Below, in pieces: positions 37,488 to 44,541 of a stretch of DNA of 44,541 bases (position 1 is the stretch's first letter; each line of letters begins with the position of its first letter). Made by a program: the position numbers and the translations under genes. Under the pieces are notes generated by a model, which was not told the DNA's origin, ran no database searches, and saw only the letters and a list, made by a program, of their open reading frames with translations. Source of the DNA: Welwitschia mirabilis (Eukaryota); NCBI GenBank assembly GCA_051453625.1, contig JBOZIK010000001.1, positions 29,796,565 to 29,841,105 on the forward strand, in the 5' to 3' direction.

Positions 37488-38179
37488 GTTTTATTAGCTT
37501 TTAGCATTCATTCGTTATGGCAAATATGTATATGTGATAAAATCTTATCTTGATGTTATTACTTGCTAGAGGTCTCATCTTAATTCTTTTCTTAATGATT
37601 GCAAGTAGTGTTATGTTTGCAGAATTTTTAAATTTTCCTTGAGAGGGCTTATTGGAATAAATAACAATAATTCTTTGTCTTTTCTCCAAATAGAAAGACT
37701 TCATGTAATTGAGATTAATCTTCTTTATACTCATTTTGGAAAAATACCAAGAACTTATTGGATTTTGTAACGCATGTATTAATAATGGAGGCATCCTTTT
37801 TATGGCTATTATTTATTTATTAATAAATGTATTTTTGGCATGATAAGCATTTACTATTACTATGATGAGATATTAAATGTACCCCATAGCCACCAAGTAA
37901 AGTAAAAATTGGGGGTTAGGAAATCTTAACCATTTTCTAAAGAATAATAATGGCTTGTATGTGTCCATTGAAATTCCCAATATATTTTGAATTTCTTCAT
38001 TTCATTATAAATAGGATCTCTTTACTTCTTATTCTTATTCTTTTGAAGATCTTCTAGTCTTGAAATATTGGAGACCTTCTATCTTGGAGCTTTGGAAATT
38101 TTCAAGTGTTTGAAATCTTGGAATCTTTGGAGCTTGGGTGTAGCAATATTGAAGCTTGAAAAACTTTATATCAATTCAT

Positions 38180-38510
38180 GGGTATGGTCCTAGGCTTCTC
38201 TTTATTTTTTATATGATCCTATGTAATTCTTGAATCTTGTATGGCCTAAATATTTTATTTGTAATTCTTACATGACTTTTTTCTTGTTTTAATTATTATA
38301 TATCTTACATGCTATCATGAATTTGTTGAATTATAGCTCTGTTATCCTATGACCCCTTAATTCTTTTAGATCGTCTCTATGTTTTCTCTTCCTTTGCATA
38401 ACCTTTAATGTGTGTTAATATGTATGCCTTGAATCTCTTATATGGTCCTCTGTATTTCTTAAATCGTGTATGGTCCTAATTATTCTTGAATCTCTTATAT
38501 GATCCTAGGT
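38180..38510 (+). repeat. Degenerate short repeats (TTCTTGAATCTCTTATATGGTCCT-like) downstream of TATAAATAGG at 38006; probably part of an unclassified LTR
   Basis: Motif recurs near 38227, 38429, 38456 and 38483. Confidence 0.55.
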
Positions 38511-38685
38511 TTTAAAAATATTTTACATATCTTTAATTAATCCAAGATCTTTCTATGAGTATTCTTCTATATTACTAAAAGATTATTCTTGCATAAATGT
38601 TGTTTCTTATGAAAATTTTTGATGCTTGAAAAGTAAATCTTGTCCTTTCTTGAAATATCTTTAATCTTGTCATGGAAATAAGAAT

Positions 38686-39205
38686 TCTATAGATCACTGA
38701 ATGAGATAGTGAAATATGGAAATCTACAAATCACCAAAGGAGGGAGTGGACGATAAATCCACAAATGATCAAACGAGGCAGTGGAGTGATGAAAATAAAA
38801 TATAATAAGTTTGTTAAATAGAATCACAAATCACTAAATGAGGCAATGGAAACGAGAAGCCACAGATTACCAAATGAGGTAGTGAAAAGATAAAACCATA
38901 GATCGTCGAACGAGGTAGTNNNNNNNNNNNNNNNNNNNNNNNNNNNNNNNNNNNNNNNNNNNNNNNNNNNNNNNNNNNNNNNNNNNNNNNNNNNNNNNNN
39001 NNNNNNNNNNNNNNNNNNNATCCATAGATCATCAAATGAGATAGTAGAAAGATAAAACCATAAACCATTAAATGAGATAGGGTAAAATAAAATTAAAAGC
39101 AAAACCATAAATCACAAAATAAGGTAGTGAAAATGATGATCCATAGATCACTGGATGAGGCAATGAACAAATAAAAATCATAGATAATAAAATGTTGTAG
39201 TGGTA
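38686..39205 (+). repeat. 36-bp tandem array spanning an assembly gap
   Basis: Unit approximately CCATAGATCACCAAATGAGGTAGTGAAAAGATAAAA; about 10 visible copies; explains the 12-aa periodicity of ORFs 38814-39108. Confidence 0.85.
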
Positions 39206-40214
39206 AATTATATGATAAAACTAGATAATCTCATTTCCATTTCCATGAAAATCTAATGCTTGATTATTTGGAGTCTTTCTTCTTATCTCATCTTCATCTA
39301 TCTTGTATCTTAGAGTTTATTCTACCTTAATATTTACCTTGTCAAGGCCATACTAGGGATTGTGATGATTCACGATTCCCACTCTAGACTAATTTATGTT
39401 AAACAGGTGATAAACTGAAGCATAGTAAAAGCTGATATATCTTGCCATTGAGGGCATATGAAAATAAAATATTGATCATCCAACTTATGCTTAAAATATA
39501 TTAAATTAAAGTGATTTTTTCACTGTTGTAATTTGTGATCTTGTTATGTATTGTGGCTAACTTTTTACTCCAAAAACTTTGCAGTCATTTATCTATAATA
39601 GATTTGTAACATTGTATCTTTATGATATCAAATTAATCTATTTTTCTACATATATACTTGTAGTTTTGATTTTAATTTGAAGGCTTATTGTTGTATCTAC
39701 GCATGAAACTCTAAGTTATCTAGCATGCATTATTTTCTATTTGTAAATATGCCTTTCTTATAGATCTCAACCTTTAGGTTTTTATCATTCTATTTAAAGT
39801 TTTTGGGTGAAAAATGTGAATGTTACACTTTCCCAAATTTTAAAAATTTTAGACATAAAATACATAGGAAAAAAACATTGAGTTATATGATTACCATGTA
39901 ATTATCATTTTGTAAAATATGAAAAACTCATAAAGTAAGAGTTTAAAATAAAATTGAAAAATCTTAACAACATATATTTTGAGTGCTAGAAAACTCCTTA
40001 CAAATTACTATAGAAATAAAGTGTAGATGATTCTAGTATGTACTACATAATATGCAACCAAAAATTGAGGTTTTTTTTTTTAACTTTAGTAGGAAATTAA
40101 TTCATAAGAAACTATGCCATACTTGTTAGGGTCATTAGTTTTCTTAGCTGAGAAAAAACACATTGGTGGCTCCTACCAACTAGGAGCTAACTATGAAATA
40201 TCTACCGCTTACAT

Positions 40215-41540
40215 ATGATTTATATCCAAGACATTAATGGAGTCTTAACAGAGTGTTATCCTCTTTCATTTATCTTAAGATATCTTTTAGGCAAGGTTGT
40301 TCATCGACCCCTTATCTTTTTATTATTGCTGCAGATGATTTAGGTGGTCTCCGTAAGGCTAATAATATATGGGTTTTTCCTTAAGGTATTGCTCTTTGTA
40401 TTGGAGAAAGGACTCTTCACAATCAGTTTGCAAATGATATGTTTCTATTACTCAGAGGTAATGAAATTGAATTTAAAGCAGCCATTAACATTATTAATAG
40501 TTATTTTCATGCTTCTAAGTGTAAAATGAATTAAGAGAAAACCCAAGCCACGTGGCCTAGTTTTATTGATTCATTGTTGTGGACTTTTCAGTAAAAGATT
40601 TAGTAGCTTTCTCCTAGTAATCATTTTATGCTTCTTGATATTCCTCTTACTTTAGTTGACACTCCATTACGTATGTGGCAAATAGTTGTCCATAAAGGGA
40701 AAACTAAAGTTTTAAAAGAGGCAGCAAAACCTTTGTCTCTAATTGGATGATTTATTATTTGCTCTCATAGTATTTGCATCATTCTGGTGTATTACGCTTT
40801 CTTTATGGCTTCTTTTAAGTCTACTTATGATTCTATTAATAAGATCCTTCAATGTTACTTATGAGGAAATTCCAACAACCATAAAGTTTTCCATATTATA
40901 GCTTGGAGAACTTATCAATAGAGTAAGAAGCATGATGGCATTAAATTTATTCCTTGAAAACTCAAGACCTTTTCCTAGTAGCCAAATGAATTGTTAGATC
41001 TTGAAAGGATGAAAACACTTGAAAAGTGTTATTTGGACATCATTTTGCTAATGGAAATCTTTGTCATTTGTAAGGATGTCATGGAATGCTTAGAGCAATT
41101 TAATCTTTTTCATCCACTAAAATTTTGATGCAAGATGTTATGTTTTTCAACAAATTTGGAAATGCTAGCAAAAGGTTAAAGGGCATGTTTCATGGAATCC
41201 TAATAGTCTTGCTCTTCATAGTCTATAAACTCATTTTTCTTGGCGTTCTCTAACCTATAATGTTAAAAATAAACCTCTTAGTACTCATTTTCCAAACAAA
41301 GTTACCAAATTGATAAAATGTGGTGTGATTTATCTTGATCAATTTATTTCTTGTAGTAATGGTAATTACAGTGTTAAATGACCATCTCTTAAAATTAGAT
41401 GGAAGAATCAAAAGCCAGACTTGCTTATGATTAAATACATTAAGAGTACTATAATGAAATATGATTAGAGAACTACCTATGGATCTTGATGGGAAGATTG
41501 GAATTGGTCAAATTGCAATACTTTATGTAATTTTTCCTTT
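40215..41540 (+). mobile_element. L1-clade LINE ORF2 (reverse transcriptase) remnant; boundaries approximate
   Basis: INGVLT, RQGCSSTPYLFIIAADDL (cf. RQGCPLSPYLF), HNQFANDMFL (cf. QFADD), ASKCKMN*EKT, LSLIG*, HIIAWRT..SKKHDGI (cf. W..PK..GGLG), LVAK*IVR. Confidence 0.85.
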
Positions 41541-42126
41541 AGAGAGCTTAGTTAAGTATTCACTATGAAATAATGTTATTTGTTATAGTAAAAATTGCAA
41601 ATGTTAAATAAACTGGTAAGGACCTAGTATCGTTCTTCCACAAGGATATTTGTAGTAGAATAATCAAAAGTAACACAATTATTTCAATCCTAAAATGAAA
41701 ATCAAAACAAAAGGGAAATCTAAAAGTTTGAGATGTTTTAGTAAACTAAGGTTAGTGACATAAGAAGATGAACATGCTCTAGAGGTCTAGCTTGGCTTGT
41801 CCGACAACTCACCTTTACTTTAATAATTTCTGTATCTTGAAACACAAACTTTAAATCATCAAGTCATGATGGCTTGGGAATGATGATATAATCTCATTCC
41901 CTATTTGAGGATGGATGAAGCCAATGATCACTCTGATCCTTCTAAAAAGTAAACTTAGAGAATTCACTTGGTCCTAAAGATCTTAATGATGTATTCTCAT
42001 CTAAAGCTTACTAATGCTATGTGGAATGTGCACTAGAAATAAAAGAATGAATAACTACTACAATATTGACAACAAGAAGGAGCCTCACCTAAATATTACT
42101 ATTTCCATTTTAATGTACATTAGAAA

Positions 42127-43106
42127 TGTCACAACCCGATTTTTTGGTTGAACCTAAAAGCATGAAATTTTTTTTCAATAATTAACTTTATTACATCAAA
42201 GTACATTAATTTACATGATAAGATTAAACATTGCAGCAGAATAATTTAGGTTATAACTGAAAGAGTTACCTCTCACTTACCCATCGGATTCATATCAAGT
42301 AAACTATATAATGATAGCTCATCTAACTAATACCAAATCTAATCCTAAGGTTAATTAGAAATCTGGATTGGGATCACACATAAGAAGTGTGTAGGTTGTA
42401 GTCGAGTGGTTCGTTGCATCAACAGCTAAGCAGTCATGCCTACGTAATCCTCATCCAAAAGAATTTAGACTATATATAGTTTTATCTTGGACCTTATTCC
42501 AATCTCCACTGATGTGCATGAGCATAAAATAGATCAAGGTGGTCTGTATCAGTGGCATGTGGCAATTTTAGACATGAAAGAATACAAAGAATAATGCAAG
42601 AACTTAGTGTTGAAACCAATATCAATAGATATAGCACATGAATATATGTACATATACATAGTAATTGTATGTAAAAGTATAGAAGGTGGCTAGTTAAGAG
42701 CTCTTGAGGTTACAACATCAAATCCTATTAAGGAATTCTAATGCATGAATGATAACAATGCACATGTATATTAATATAAATCAAATATATGGTACCTGAG
42801 TATGTAAAAATAGTCAACCCCCTAGTCACTTGGCCATAATCATCCATTAGTAGTCCACCATCATCAAGCTCAAAACACCCCCTTATCTCTCACTATATCA
42901 TCTTGGTGGGTGCCAATGGGAGGGGAATATATCATAATTAAATGTTATTATAATAAATTCATGCATAAATATGATTGACACACATACATATATATACACA
43001 CATACACAGACTCCATCTTGGTAAGGTACCTCTTAGCTGCTCCTTTTATAACATCTCATAATGAATCTAATAACATATAAATATAAAATGCTAAGGAGAA
43101 TAGACT
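42127..43106 (-). repeat. Gypsy-type (Tekay/Del-like) LTR segment, copy 2, cut by the CACTA end
   Basis: Terminus TGTCACAACCCG at 42127; reverse-complement homology to 4170-5090 stops at the CACTA TIR. Orientation is inferred. Confidence 0.7.
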
Positions 43107-43600
43107 CACTACAAGAAATTGAGGCTTTTAAGGCATTTATTTAAATAAATGCCTTAGTTATACCAAAATTTAAGTCGTGCATTTCTATAAACGCGCTAGA
43201 TTAAATAGGATATTAATTTTTTTAAGGCGTTTCCTAAATAAACTCCTTAAAAGCTTTAAATGTTTTCAATCATTTAAGCCTTTTAAGAATACAAATGCCC
43301 TAAAAACTAAATCAAACATTTACCACGCTTTCGCAAAAATAAAACCATCCTGTGTTTCTAAAAACAAAACTATCACGTGGACCTTTGGTCTAGTGGTAAA
43401 GACATCTGCCTGTGAAGCAACAAGTTCTAAGTTCAATTCCCATGTTGGGCGCATAGCCTGCGGAGTGCCAGAAAATTATAAAGAAAGAAAAAGAAAAATT
43501 AAATGTGGCTATAACCCTAGGGGGTACTACTTTGTGCATCGATTCGGCTTTCTTTCTATCTCCATTTTAGGTATTTTTCGTTTTTGCTTTTGTTTTTAGT
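43107..43600 (+). mobile_element. CACTA (En/Spm) DNA transposon terminus; right boundary unknown
   Basis: TIR CACTACAAGAAA at 43107-43118, followed by alternating direct/inverted subterminal repeats TTTAAGGC(A/G)TTT and AAATGCCTTA (43127, 43147, 43188, 43221, 43239, 43273, 43293). Confidence 0.85.
43379..43451 (+). other. tRNA-like (pseudo-tRNA, GTG/His at the anticodon position) Pol III cassette
   Basis: A box TGGTCTAGTGG, perfect D-stem GTCT/AGAC, loop CTGTGAA closed by TGC/GCA, B box GTTCAATTCC, canonical 73-nt spacing; acceptor and T stems mostly unpaired. Confidence 0.6.
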
Positions 43601-43818
43601 CTCAAACTAGTTTTGCGATTAGGAGAGTTATCCTCAATGTGTTGATTTAGATCTCTTTCCTCTTTGTTTTAGGGAGAGAAACCCTGATTTCTTTGTGTGC
43701 ATTAAGTTCATAGGAACTTTTTAGTACTCTCTACAACATTTTTCCCATGTATTTGGGTTGACATTAGTACACTCTTGTGAAAATTAAAACCCTAATGTGA
43801 ATAATAGGGGCGGTGACA

Positions 43819-44343
43819 TTAGCAGAAGCAAATGAATGGTTAGTGGTAAAGCACCTCCGGCAATACTCTTGAATCTTGGCTGACACATTGCGGATGCAGT
43901 TAGCTCGAAACGGATGACCCAGCTACATTTACAGCAAAGAAATGAGAGCTAGATTTTACCTTTACTAACTTCCTTGCAGAGTTTCAAAAAAGAAGAAAAG
44001 GAATAATACCTTCTCATCGATGAAGACAGCCCAGCGATCGAGATCGCAGGTAAGGATCTTGGGGCAACAGAATTCTATGTTTTGTTGAATTTGCAGGTCA
44101 TGTCTCATTTATGTATTCGAGAATGACAAGAGATTCACAGACAGACTTTGAATTGTGAAGGACAACTGGAATCTTCTGATGCAATGGATTGGATTCCAAA
44201 AGAAGATCACTCTTGTTGTTAATATCTTCATGAGTGTATTCATATGGGATTCTTTTCAATGCCAAAGCGATCGTCACTTGAAGCATGAAAGGGTTTGTCC
44301 AGTGCCCAAGTACCTTCAATGATTCATCACCTGCGTTTGCCAT
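43819..44343 (-). pseudogene. GSTU: Tau-class glutathione S-transferase pseudogene (exon 1 44343-44010; candidate intron 44009-43923; unrecognisable exon 2 remnant)
   Basis: KSDLLLESNPLHQKIPV..CESLVILEYINET, then TGA at the conserved Trp, LLPQDPY, a frameshift, and WAVFIDEK|GT at the usual tau intron position. Confidence 0.9.
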
Positions 44344-44541
44344 TTCATGGGTATCTCTCCAGCAAACACAGTAGGAACATTCAAACTACAATTCTTTAAG
44401 GTAATAAACTCGACTAACCAAAGAACCATTCGATGTTTTCTGGTTGTCTTGTCTGAAATTCAATGTTGAGCTATGTATAATTCTATAAAAGTTTATCTCA
44501 ATCGGTTTCTATTATTTTTAAAAGACATTATACTAATATTT

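Noticed and set aside
38686..39205. 36-bp periodic array as a CRISPR array or repeat protein
   Set aside because: Units are contiguous and degenerate with no unique spacers or cas genes; the context is eukaryotic; the ORFs are by-products of the 36-bp period.
41347..41358. TTTCTTGTAGTA as the partner CACTA TIR
   Set aside because: Lies upstream of the left TIR, inside the LINE remnant, lacks the terminal G and has no subterminal repeats.
43379..43451. Functional tRNA-His gene
   Set aside because: Acceptor stem is unpaired, T-stem pairs 2/5 and anticodon stem 3/5.
43177..43599. 140-aa ORF
   Set aside because: GTG start, runs through CACTA subterminal repeats and the tRNA-like cassette, no recognisable domain.
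42127..43818. Intact solo LTR bounded by TGTCAC...GTGACA
   Set aside because: No matching TSD (AGAAA versus TTAGC) and the interior is chimeric with the CACTA end.
43841..43851. Second TAGTGGTAAAG (A-box-like) copy
   Set aside because: No B box or stems at the right spacing; probably chance.

Overview
AT-rich, CpG-depleted plant nuclear DNA from a draft assembly (seven N-gaps). It is almost entirely nested, decayed transposable elements, with no intact protein-coding gene. Left to right: (1) the 5' part of a minus-strand Sirevirus-like Ty1/copia element (LTR 1514-2930, PBS, gag/protease/integrase remnants running off the window); (2) an LTR-like repeat (about 4170-5090) with an inverted homologue at 42127-43106; (3) an old copia pol remnant (about 10450-11805); (4) a full-length but inactivated Sirevirus (14079-22749) with GAATT target-site duplication, TA...CA LTR termini, PBS, gag-pol, env-like ORF and multiple PPTs; (5) a nest of three minus-strand Athila-like gypsy remnants plus related LTR copies (about 23000-34125); (6) tandem repeat arrays; (7) an L1 LINE ORF2 remnant (about 40215-41540); (8) one CACTA terminus (from 43107) carrying a tRNA-shaped 73-nt cassette with Pol III A and B boxes; (9) a tau-class GST pseudogene (43819-44343, minus strand). 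I cannot support a new multi-gene system. The best leads are the tRNA-like cassette in the CACTA end, possible GST capture by that CACTA, the TA...CA LTR ends, and the shared paired-palindrome architecture of the two Sirevirus LTRs. All alignments and translations were done by eye; boundaries marked approximate are approximate.
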